A program made the translations under genes and the position numbers. Positions 47,687 to 55,661 of a stretch of DNA of 64,000 nt are shown piece after piece; the stretch's first letter is position 1; every line of letters starts with the position of its first letter. The notes under the pieces were generated by a model. It was not told where the DNA came from, made no database searches, and was given only the letters and a program-made list of their open reading frames with translations. This stretch comes from Alphaproteobacteria bacterium (GTDB lineage: Bacteria > Pseudomonadota > Alphaproteobacteria > CACIAM-22H2), in NCBI GenBank assembly GCA_965279355.1, contig OZ257155.1:4616874-4680873 (forward strand), written 5' to 3'.

Positions 47687-47703
47687 TTACAGAACGAACG
47701 TCC

Positions 47704-48432
47704 TTAGACGGGGGCGGGCTGCTTTTCCGCGCGGCCGGGAGCGGCAGCTTTCGTCGGCTGCGGATCGCGCAGCACATAGCCGCGGCCCCAGACGGTCTCG
47801 ATGTAGTTCTCGCCCGCGCAGGCGGTCGAGAGCTTCTTGCGGAGCTTGCAGACGAACACGTCGATGATCTTGAGTTCGGGCTCGTCCATGCCGCCGTAGA
47901 GATGGTTGAGGAACATCTCCTTGGTAAGGGTGGTGCCCTTGCGCAGGCTCAGCAGCTCGAGGATGCCGTATTCCTTGCCCGTGAGGTGCAGGGTCTGGCC
48001 GGTCGCCTCGACGGTGCGGGTGTCGAGATTGACCGTGAGCTTGCCGGTCTTGATGACCGAATGAGAATGGCCCTTCGAGCGGCGGATGATCGCCTGGACG
48101 CGGGCGATGAGCTCGCGCTTGTCGAACGGCTTGGTGAGATAGTCGTCGGCGCCGAAGCCGAGACCCTTGATCTTGTTGTCCAACTCGGCGAGGCCCGAGA
48201 GGATCAGGATCGGCGTCTTGATGCGGGCCGACCGCAGGCGCTTCAGGACCTCATAGCCGTCCATATCGGGCAGCATGAGATCGAGGATGATGATGTCGTA
48301 ATCGTACAGTTTTCCGATTTCGAGACCATCTTCGCCCAAACTGGTGGTGTCGCAGATGAACCCTTCGGACTTGAGCATCAATTCGATGCTTTTTGCAGTC
48401 GCGGAGTCATCTTCAACAACTAAGACTCGCAT
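47704..48432 (-). CDS. ctrA: cell-cycle response regulator CtrA
   Basis: [25 protein letters not shown]...[22 protein letters not shown], OmpR-type winged-helix C-terminus. Confidence 0.97.
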   Translation of the reverse strand: MRVLVVEDDSATAKSIELMLKSEGFICDTTSLGEDGLEIGKLYDYDIIILDLMLPDMDGYEVLKRLRSARIKTPILILSGLAELDNKIKGLGFGADDYLTKPFDKRELIARVQAIIRRSKGHSHSVIKTGKLTVNLDTRTVEATGQTLHLTGKEYGILELLSLRKGTTLTKEMFLNHLYGGMDEPELKIIDVFVCKLRKKLSTACAGENYIETVWGRGYVLRDPQPTKAAAPGRAEKQPAPV

Positions 48433-48475
48433 GCGAAGCTCTCCCGGCGTTTTAGGTTAGAGGTTTCCGACAGCC

Positions 48476-48492
48476 TGTGGATATGTGGATAA
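48476..48492. promoter_or_regulatory. two overlapping DnaA-box-like 9-mers (TGTGGATAT / TGTGGATAA) upstream of ctrA
   Basis: The reverse complement of 48484-48492 is TTATCCACA, the consensus DnaA box. The first copy has one mismatch. Confidence 0.4.
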
Positions 48493-48625
48493 CTTATTTG
48501 TTAATTAAGCCTACCATTAATGAAGCGTCCGTCAAACTCTCGCAATTAAGGAATTCCACTTAACACTTGTTAATGCGCAAAATGGGCGATTTCAGCGAGC
48601 TTTCGGCTGGTTCAGCGTCATTGAA

Positions 48626-48637
48626 ATTAAGGTTAAC
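48626..48637 (-). promoter_or_regulatory. GTTAACCTTAAT 12-mer (CtrA half-site-like) in the ctrA/fliI intergenic region
   Basis: Identical 12-mer at 62974-62985 upstream of fliF, in the same orientation relative to the minus-strand gene. Confidence 0.4.
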
Positions 48638-48748
48638 GCGCGTGAATTGATTAATCGTTAATTTTACTGAAAATTAAATGTATTCGGAGAATCATAGGCC
48701 TAACAACACGCCCGACCCTTTGGGCGATTAAACAACCCGGATTTGCCC

Positions 48749-50080
48749 ATGGATGCGTCCCATCTTATCGCCAGCCTCGACCGCATCCCCCCGTATCGAC
48801 ATTTCGGCCGCGTAACAGCCGTCCTCGGCACCCTTGTCGAGGTCGGCGGGGTGGAGAATCGGCTGGCGGTTGGCGGGCGCTGCACCATCGTCGCGCGCGA
48901 CGGTCGCCGGGTGCCGTGCGAAGTGGTCGGCTTCCGCGAGAACCGCGCGCTGCTGATGCCGTTCTATTCGCTCGACGGTATCGGCGTCGGCTGTCATGCC
49001 GAAATCGCCGACAACGAAATCTATCTCTATCCGCATCCGGGCTGGCTCGGCCGTGTGATCAACGCGCTCGGCGAGCCTGTCGATGGCAAGGGGCCGCTGC
49101 CGATGGGCGACAAGCCCTACGCGCTGCGGGCCTCGCCGCCGAATGCGCACAAGCGCCAGCGCGTGCAGGGCAAGATCGATCTCGGCATCCGCGCCATCAA
49201 TACCTTCCTGAGCTGCTGCCGCGGCCAGCGTATGGGAATCTTCGCCGGATCCGGTGTCGGCAAGTCGAGCGTGATGTCGATGATGGCGAAATACACCGCC
49301 GCCGACATCTCGGTGATCGGCCTGATCGGCGAGCGCGGACGCGAGCTGCAGGAATTCATCCAGGACGACCTCGGTCCCGAAGGGCTCGCGCGCAGCGTCG
49401 TTGTCGTGTCGACGTCGGACGAGACACCCCTCATGCGGCACCATGCGGCGTATCTCACGATGACGGTCGCCGAATTTTTCCGCGATCAGGAGCAGGACGT
49501 GCTGTGCCTGATGGACAGCGTCACCCGCTTTGCCATGGCCCAGCGCGAGATCGGCCTGTCGGCCGGCGAGCCGCCGGCCAGCAAGGGCTATACGCCCTCG
49601 GTCTTCGCCGAGCTGCCGCGCGTGCTGGAACGCGCCGGTCCCGGTATCGGCAAGGGCAGCATCACCGGCCTGTTCACCGTCCTCGTCGAGGGCGATGACA
49701 CCAACGAGCCGATCGCCGATGCGGTCCGCAGCATCGTCGACGGCCATATCATGCTCGACCGCACCATTGCCGAACGCGGCCGCTATCCCGCGATCAACGT
49801 GCTGCGCTCGATCTCGCGAACCATGCCAGGCTGCAACACGCCCGAGGAGAACGAGCTGGTGGGGCGCGCCCGCGCGCTCATCGCTTCGTACGACGACATG
49901 GCGGAAATGATCCGCCTGGGCGCCTATCGCCGCGGCAGCGATCCGCAGGTCGACGAGGCCATCAAATATTATCCGGATCTGGAACGCTTTCTTGGCCAGG
50001 GCAAGACCGAGCGCGCCGATCTGGAATCCGGTTACACGCTGCTTGCCGAAATCCTCGGCATGAACAACCCGGCAGCGTAG
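48749..50080 (+). CDS. fliI: flagellum-specific ATPase
   Basis: Walker A GSGVGKSS and an F1-ATPase-like fold pattern. ATG at 48749; a TTG alternative lies at 48743. Confidence 0.95.
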   Translation: MDASHLIASLDRIPPYRHFGRVTAVLGTLVEVGGVENRLAVGGRCTIVARDGRRVPCEVVGFRENRALLMPFYSLDGIGVGCHAEIADNEIYLYPHPGWLGRVINALGEPVDGKGPLPMGDKPYALRASPPNAHKRQRVQGKIDLGIRAINTFLSCCRGQRMGIFAGSGVGKSSVMSMMAKYTAADISVIGLIGERGRELQEFIQDDLGPEGLARSVVVVSTSDETPLMRHHAAYLTMTVAEFFRDQEQDVLCLMDSVTRFAMAQREIGLSAGEPPASKGYTPSVFAELPRVLERAGPGIGKGSITGLFTVLVEGDDTNEPIADAVRSIVDGHIMLDRTIAERGRYPAINVLRSISRTMPGCNTPEENELVGRARALIASYDDMAEMIRLGAYRRGSDPQVDEAIKYYPDLERFLGQGKTERADLESGYTLLAEILGMNNPAA

Positions 50081-50093
50081 GAAAGGACGATCG

Positions 50094-50519
50094 ATGAAAG
50101 GTTTGCCTGCTCTGATCCGACTCCATCGCTGGCAGCTCGACGAAAAGCGTCGCGAGCTTGCCGATCTGCAGCGGCTGGAGGACGACATGCTGGCCCAGGT
50201 GCAGCGGCTTCACGACGAGGTCGCGGCCGAACAGGACTACGCACAGAACGCCGATACTGGCGGACTGGCCTATGGCGGTTTCGCCGCCGGCGTGCTGCTG
50301 CGCCGCCAGCGGATCGAGCAATCCATCGCCGAGATCGGGCGGCGCATCGAAGCCAAGCGCGAGGAACTGGCGGAATCGTTCCGCGACCTCAAGCGCTATG
50401 AAACCACTCTTGCCCAGCGCGAGAAGCGGGCGGCCCTTGAAGCTGATCGCCGCGCCCAGGCGGCCCTGGATGAAATCAGCATGATCCAGTTCCAGCGCAA
50501 GGCGACCGCCGCGGCCTGA
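50094..50519 (+). CDS. fliJ: flagellar export chaperone-like coiled-coil protein FliJ
   Basis: 141-aa coiled-coil protein immediately after fliI. Confidence 0.75.
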   Translation: MKGLPALIRLHRWQLDEKRRELADLQRLEDDMLAQVQRLHDEVAAEQDYAQNADTGGLAYGGFAAGVLLRRQRIEQSIAEIGRRIEAKREELAESFRDLKRYETTLAQREKRAALEADRRAQAALDEISMIQFQRKATAAA

Positions 50520-50651
50520 TCGCAGATCCCGGAATCCGCCCCGGCTTTGACCGGAGCGGTTCATGTGCGATATGTCGGCACGCTGTGCGGCCACACGAGC
50601 CGTGAGTCGCCGATCTTGGGAGCTGCCAATGCCTGAAGGAATGGCCGGGTC

Positions 50652-51860
50652 ATGAATACCGGCATGGATACGAACGTGCGGCCGATGCTTGTGCAGGCAA
50701 GCCGGCTTCATACTGTCGGGCGGGCACTGGAGGCCATCGACATTCTGCGTGACGTGGTCAGGATCGATCCGCGTTCGTTTGTCGGCCAATACAATCTTGG
50801 AATTTTGCTCGCCGAGCAGTATCGGCTTGATGAGGCTATCCCGGCATTGCGCCGGGCACTTGATATCGATCCGCGGTCGCTCCAGACACTCGTCAGTCTT
50901 GCCGCCGCGCTGCGTTCGTCAGGCGATCTTGCCGGTTCGATCGCGGCCTATCGGCAGGCAATATCGATCGCACCCGAGCTTGCGCAGTCTCATGTCTATC
51001 TCGGCGTTGTGCTGAATGAAACCGGCGACAAGACGGGCGCCATGGAAGCCGTCCGCCGGGGACTGGCCGTCGACCCCAACATGGCCGACGGCCACACGAT
51101 GCTGGGTCAGATTCTGCAGGAACTCGGCGACCTGAACGGGGCGGAGGTCTCGCTGCGGCGGGCGCTGGCTCTGGCGCCGGGCCATGTCGGCGCACTCGCC
51201 TATTTCGCGGTGGTGCTCCAGCAACTCGGCAAGACTGACGAGGCGAAGAAATATCTCGACTACGAGTCCCTGCTGCGAGCCCGGCGCTTCGAGCCGATCG
51301 GCGGTGCTCCGGCAATCGCCGCGTTTAAGGCCGAGTTCACGCAGCTCATTCTCGGACATCAGACACTCAAGGCGGATCCGCCGACCTCGACGACCCGGGG
51401 CAGCCAGACGCAGGAATTGCTCGATACGGCGACGCCGGCCGTGGTTGAACTGCGGCGTATGATCGAAGCCAGCGTTGCCGATTACATGGCGACGGTGCTG
51501 GCTCCGCGCGGAACCGAATTCATGTGCGTGCCGGCATCGTGGCGCGTCGTTTCATGGGGCGTCGTGCTGCGGTCCAGCGGTTATCAGGAAGCCCATTTCC
51601 ATCCGTCCGGCATCGTCAGCGGAGTCTATTATGTGCGCATGCCCGATGTCGTGCGGTCTGGGAGTGCGGGCGACGCCGGCCATATCCGCTTCGGGATGCC
51701 GATCAAGTATACGGGTCAGCAGTCGCTGATGACCACGACGATCAAGCCGGAGGAGGGGATGGTGCTGCTGTTCCCGTCTTACTTCTGGCACAACACAATG
51801 CCGTTCGAGAGCACCGAAGACCGGATCAGCATCGCTTTCGATGCGATCCCGAATGTCTGA
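50652..51860 (+). CDS. TPR-repeat protein fused to a putative 2OG-Fe(II) oxygenase domain
   Basis: About 5 TPRs. C-terminal domain with AHFHPSGIVSGVYYV and LFPSYFWHNTMPFESTEDRISIAFD. Confidence 0.7.
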   Translation: MNTGMDTNVRPMLVQASRLHTVGRALEAIDILRDVVRIDPRSFVGQYNLGILLAEQYRLDEAIPALRRALDIDPRSLQTLVSLAAALRSSGDLAGSIAAYRQAISIAPELAQSHVYLGVVLNETGDKTGAMEAVRRGLAVDPNMADGHTMLGQILQELGDLNGAEVSLRRALALAPGHVGALAYFAVVLQQLGKTDEAKKYLDYESLLRARRFEPIGGAPAIAAFKAEFTQLILGHQTLKADPPTSTTRGSQTQELLDTATPAVVELRRMIEASVADYMATVLAPRGTEFMCVPASWRVVSWGVVLRSSGYQEAHFHPSGIVSGVYYVRMPDVVRSGSAGDAGHIRFGMPIKYTGQQSLMTTTIKPEEGMVLLFPSYFWHNTMPFESTEDRISIAFDAIPNV

Positions 51861-51863
51861 GTC

Positions 51864-53828
51864 TCAGACGGAAACGCCACCGCCTGATTTGGCGATCTCC
51901 TCAAGCGGCGACACCGGAAAGTGCGCCACGGCCTGAAAGAAGATCTGTCCGTTCAGGCCCGAGGCGCCGCAGGTTTTCTCGAATATCCCGACAATTCCGT
52001 TCCGCAGCGGCGCCGGCAGCTCGACATGGCTGCGCAGGATCAGATCGATCCGCGGCTTCTGGACCAGGCCGTCGATCTGCAGCGGCCCGAGTTCCTCGAA
52101 TTCGACCTCCACGACAAATCGCCCCTGATCTTTCTCGCGCTCGCCCTTGGGCGCGCGTTTGCGCGTGAAGATCCGCAACTGGCGCATCTCATGCGTGTCG
52201 ACAACCGGAATGAAGAACATGCGCCAGTCCGTGCTCTGGCTGTTGAGTCGCGCCGCTTCGCGCAGATCGCCCTCGAGGCGCATCAGGACATCCTGGCGGC
52301 CCGCGCGCTCCACGGCCGCGACCCCCGCTTCACCGAGGAGAGCCCGGGCTTCGGTCGCCGGCTGTGACAGGAAGGACAGAAGCTGCCCAAGGAAACGCGG
52401 GTTGCTCGGCTTCGGCAGGGTGACATCGGCAAGCTGGCGCGCGAGCGGTGCGTCTGCTTCGGCGAGCACCGCCAGCGTATCTTTCAGGGCTGGCCAGCTG
52501 CGCCCCAGCATGGGCAGCGCCTGTAACAGGGCCGGTGACGTCAGTCCGGTGAGTCCGGCGCGCGCGGCGATGACAGAGAAGGCGATCCGGCTTCCTTCTG
52601 CCGCATGGGCGTCTCCGGGAGGCAGTGCCACCGAAAGCCGGCCGAGCGCGGTGTCGACGATGGTCTGACCGGCCGGCGTTGTTCCGACCACGGTGGCCAC
52701 CAGTCCGCCAGCGACCACGGGTGCCGTTGTCGGCCCGAGATAGCGGACCTGGAGCTGCGCGCCAGCGGGCGCGATCGGCAATGCCGGTATTGCCGCGGTC
52801 GGCGCGGAGGCACCCTGTGACGCGCCGAGGGATGGAGGTGTTGCGGTGGCAGTTGGGGAAGCGGGGGAGGTCGGTGCCGGCGCCGGTGTTGGCGGTGCTG
52901 TTGGTGTTGCAGGTGTTCCCTGAAATGCGGCGTAACGCGCCACGGCCGCCGCCATGGGCGCGGCCGGGGTTGTCGGCGGAGGGAGCGTGTTGCCGGGAAG
53001 GCTTGGGGTTGCGGCGACGACCGACGAACCGGCGGCAGGCGCTGGAGCATTCGGTGCAGTTGTCGGAGCGGGGCTTGCCGGCGCGGCAGTTCGGGGGACC
53101 GCAGGTGTCGTTGTCGGTTGAGCGGAGGGGATGACGGACGCGGAGCCAGTCGCCGGCGAAGCTGGCGGGCTCGTTGTCGGAACCGTGACGGTCGGCGTCG
53201 TGCCGGGTGAGACAGGCGCAACCTGGGTGACGGTCGACCCAGGCGGTGGCAAAGCGTTCGCGGGAGTGCTTGTCCCGGCAGACTGAGATACGGACGATGA
53301 GGCTGGGGTTGTCGGCACGGAGCTAGGCTGCCCTGTCATGACAGGCTGCCCGGCTGTGCTCGGCAAGATGACGGTCGTTGTCGGTGGACCAATCACGGTT
53401 GCCAGAAGAATTGGCCCGGTGCTGATCGACGGAGAGATCGTCATCGCCGGTACTGATGCAAGCGGCTGCGTTGCGATCGGAGCGGTGAGCGGCGCACCGA
53501 CCGGCGCGCGCGCGGAAAGCACGATGGCCTGCAGCTGGCTGCCGGCTGCCTGCACCTGCAGCGATACCTGCGCGCCCACCGGAAGCGTCGCGGGCGTTCG
53601 GAAGGTCACGGCGCCGCTTTCGGTTTGCAGCGTCGTCTGGCCCTGCTGATCGCGGCTGACGATAACGGTTCCTGAAATCACCGTGCCGGGTCCGGCACTC
53701 TGCATGCCGGTCGGCATCTGCGTCACCAGCGCCGAAGCGCCTGTCGTCGGTGTAGTGGGTGCGGCCGGTGCCGATGGCGACGTTGGCCCGATGGGGGCGA
53801 CCGGTCCCGCTGGCGGAATGGTCGTCAT
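51864..53828 (-). CDS. Pro/Thr/Ala-rich flagellar hook-length-control (FliK)-like protein
   Basis: Long uncharged P/T/A/S region. The C-terminal segment ELGPLQIDGLVQKPRIDLILRSHVELPAPLRNGI resembles the FliK C-terminal domain pattern. Last gene of the flagellar operon. Confidence 0.5.
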   Translation of the reverse strand: MTTIPPAGPVAPIGPTSPSAPAAPTTPTTGASALVTQMPTGMQSAGPGTVISGTVIVSRDQQGQTTLQTESGAVTFRTPATLPVGAQVSLQVQAAGSQLQAIVLSARAPVGAPLTAPIATQPLASVPAMTISPSISTGPILLATVIGPPTTTVILPSTAGQPVMTGQPSSVPTTPASSSVSQSAGTSTPANALPPPGSTVTQVAPVSPGTTPTVTVPTTSPPASPATGSASVIPSAQPTTTPAVPRTAAPASPAPTTAPNAPAPAAGSSVVAATPSLPGNTLPPPTTPAAPMAAAVARYAAFQGTPATPTAPPTPAPAPTSPASPTATATPPSLGASQGASAPTAAIPALPIAPAGAQLQVRYLGPTTAPVVAGGLVATVVGTTPAGQTIVDTALGRLSVALPPGDAHAAEGSRIAFSVIAARAGLTGLTSPALLQALPMLGRSWPALKDTLAVLAEADAPLARQLADVTLPKPSNPRFLGQLLSFLSQPATEARALLGEAGVAAVERAGRQDVLMRLEGDLREAARLNSQSTDWRMFFIPVVDTHEMRQLRIFTRKRAPKGEREKDQGRFVVEVEFEELGPLQIDGLVQKPRIDLILRSHVELPAPLRNGIVGIFEKTCGASGLNGQIFFQAVAHFPVSPLEEIAKSGGGVSV

Positions 53829-53841
53829 CGTCTGCCGTCGT

Positions 53842-54600
53842 CTATCCCGCCAGCAGGGCGCGGGCGACGGTGCGGACGTCGGCGGCGGCGGCGCTGTCGG
53901 GATGGCGGGTCAGGAGCGGGGCCTGGGCGCGGATGGAATCCGGGACCTTGGGATCGCGCCGCACCACGCCGGCCAGCTTCGGCGTGAATTTCAGGAAGCC
54001 GTTGCACGCCCGGGACAGCGTGGCGTAGGTGCGTTCGCCGTCGCGGGCGCTGCTCGCCATATTGACCACCACCCTTATATCGGGGGCCAGCCCATTGCCT
54101 TTCGACAGCTTGATATATGCATAGGCATCGGTCAGCGACGTCGGCTCGTCCGACGTCACGACCAGGCGCGTGCCGGCGATGGCGGAGAGCGCGCGCACCG
54201 CCCCCTCGATGCCGGCGCCGAGATCGAGGATCACGCGGTCGTAGTCGTCGGCCAGCGCCACAAGCTCGGCGGACATGGCGGCCAGCCGCGCCGGGTCCAT
54301 CGCGGCCAGCGCGCCGGAGCCCGAACGGCCGGCGATGATGTCGAACGGGCCGGCGGGATAGGGTGTGATGAGCCGGTGCAGCTTCATCTCGCTGCTGTAG
54401 TGCCCAAGATCGCGGTTGGGGATCAGGCCGAGCTGAATGTCAATATTGGCGAGACCGAGATCGCCGTCCACCAGCAGCGTGCGCTTGCCCGCCTCCGCGA
54501 AACTCTGCGCCAGCGTCACGGCGAACCACGTCTTGCCGACACCGCCCTTTCCCGAGGCGACGGCGATGATGTTGGATTTGGGGGCAGGCGAGACGGTCAC
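53842..54600 (-). CDS. flhG: MinD/ParA-family flagellar number regulator
   Basis: Deviant Walker A SGKGGVGKT. The GTG start overlaps the flhF stop. Confidence 0.8.
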   Translation of the reverse strand: MTVSPAPKSNIIAVASGKGGVGKTWFAVTLAQSFAEAGKRTLLVDGDLGLANIDIQLGLIPNRDLGHYSSEMKLHRLITPYPAGPFDIIAGRSGSGALAAMDPARLAAMSAELVALADDYDRVILDLGAGIEGAVRALSAIAGTRLVVTSDEPTSLTDAYAYIKLSKGNGLAPDIRVVVNMASSARDGERTYATLSRACNGFLKFTPKLAGVVRRDPKVPDSIRAQAPLLTRHPDSAAAADVRTVARALLAG

Positions 54601-55634
54601 GCGTGAATCTCCGGGGCGATCCCGTGCCCGTCGCCGACCAGAAGCCTGGCAAGGGCGAGCGAACTGAGCGGGTGTAATCCTTGTGCGACGGTGGGCGAGG
54701 CGCTGACTTCGGCCAGCGCCAGACGGCCTCGATGGGCTGCCGCGAGCACACCGCCGAGACGGCGCGCAATGTCGAGCCGCGTCGCGATGAGGCGGCGACA
54801 GCCGATGCCGGCGAAGGTCGCGGCCTGCTCGGCCATTTCATTGGCATCGCCGCCGGCGGCCATGACCAGAACCGGTTCCGCCTTTGCGGCTGCGATGAAG
54901 TCGCGGAGGAGCGTCAGCTCCGCCGTCTCGAACGGATTGACGCCCTGGGTATCGATGATCAGGAGGCAGCCGGCGTCGCGCTCCCGGGCGACGATCTCGG
55001 CGAGATGCGTCGGCGTTTCGGCGGTTTCCAGCGTGACCTTCAGCGGACCGGCAAAGGCCGTGAGCTGCTCGACGGCGCCGGCGCTTCCGACATCGGTGGT
55101 GACGAGTTGCACGGGCTGGCCGGCGAGCACGGCGCGTGCCGCCAGCTTCGCCGCGGTCAGCGTCTTGCCGACGCCGGGCGGCCCGGCCAGCAGGACAGGC
55201 GCGAGCTCACGACGCTCGGACAGGCTGGCGAAGCGGAATGTCGCTTCCGCGCGGAGCGCGAAGGTCGCGGTGAGGTCGGTACCGGCCTGTCCCTGATCCA
55301 TGGCCTTGATGACGGGGTCGAGCGCGCCGTGAAAAGACAGCACGCGGGTGACGCCGCTGATGCCGTTGACCGGCGCGCGCGACAGGGAGGCCGAAAGAGG
55401 CTGGGGCGACGAGGAAGGGGTCGGCGCTGACGGTTGCGGGCGGCGCAAAGGAGAAGGTGGAGGCGGCGGTGGGGCGGCAACCGGCTCTTCAGGCGGATCG
55501 AAGCCGGCGACCACGCGGACGCCGCCACTCTCGTCCTGCTGCGTTGCGAGGATCACCGCGTCCGGACCGAGCTCGTCGCGGACCAGCTGCATCGCCTCGG
55601 CTGTCGTGGGGGCGGTATAGGCCTTCAGGCGCAT
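54597..55634 (-). CDS. flhF: SRP-type GTPase flagellar placement protein
   Basis: GPPGVGKT, DTQG and ATRLD motifs. Pro-rich linker after the N-terminal domain. Confidence 0.85.
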   Translation of the reverse strand: MRLKAYTAPTTAEAMQLVRDELGPDAVILATQQDESGGVRVVAGFDPPEEPVAAPPPPPPSPLRRPQPSAPTPSSSPQPLSASLSRAPVNGISGVTRVLSFHGALDPVIKAMDQGQAGTDLTATFALRAEATFRFASLSERRELAPVLLAGPPGVGKTLTAAKLAARAVLAGQPVQLVTTDVGSAGAVEQLTAFAGPLKVTLETAETPTHLAEIVARERDAGCLLIIDTQGVNPFETAELTLLRDFIAAAKAEPVLVMAAGGDANEMAEQAATFAGIGCRRLIATRLDIARRLGGVLAAAHRGRLALAEVSASPTVAQGLHPLSSLALARLLVGDGHGIAPEIHA

Positions 55635-55661
55635 GGCGGCACAGGATCCCGTTCAGGCGGT

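Noticed and set aside
48433-48742. Chromosomal replication origin (AT-rich, DnaA box, many TTAA motifs)
   Set aside because: There are only two overlapping DnaA-box-like 9-mers. No canonical TTAA-N7-TTAA sites are present. The region is short and flanked by ctrA and fliI rather than by the hemE-type origin neighbourhood known for alphaproteobacteria. It is more simply a complex divergent promoter.
50619-50632. Sigma-54-like GG-N10-GC element (GGagctgccaatGC) upstream of the TPR-oxygenase gene
   Set aside because: It matches the flanking TGGCAC/TTGCA consensus poorly. The predicted transcription start would fall downstream of the gene's likely ribosome-binding site.
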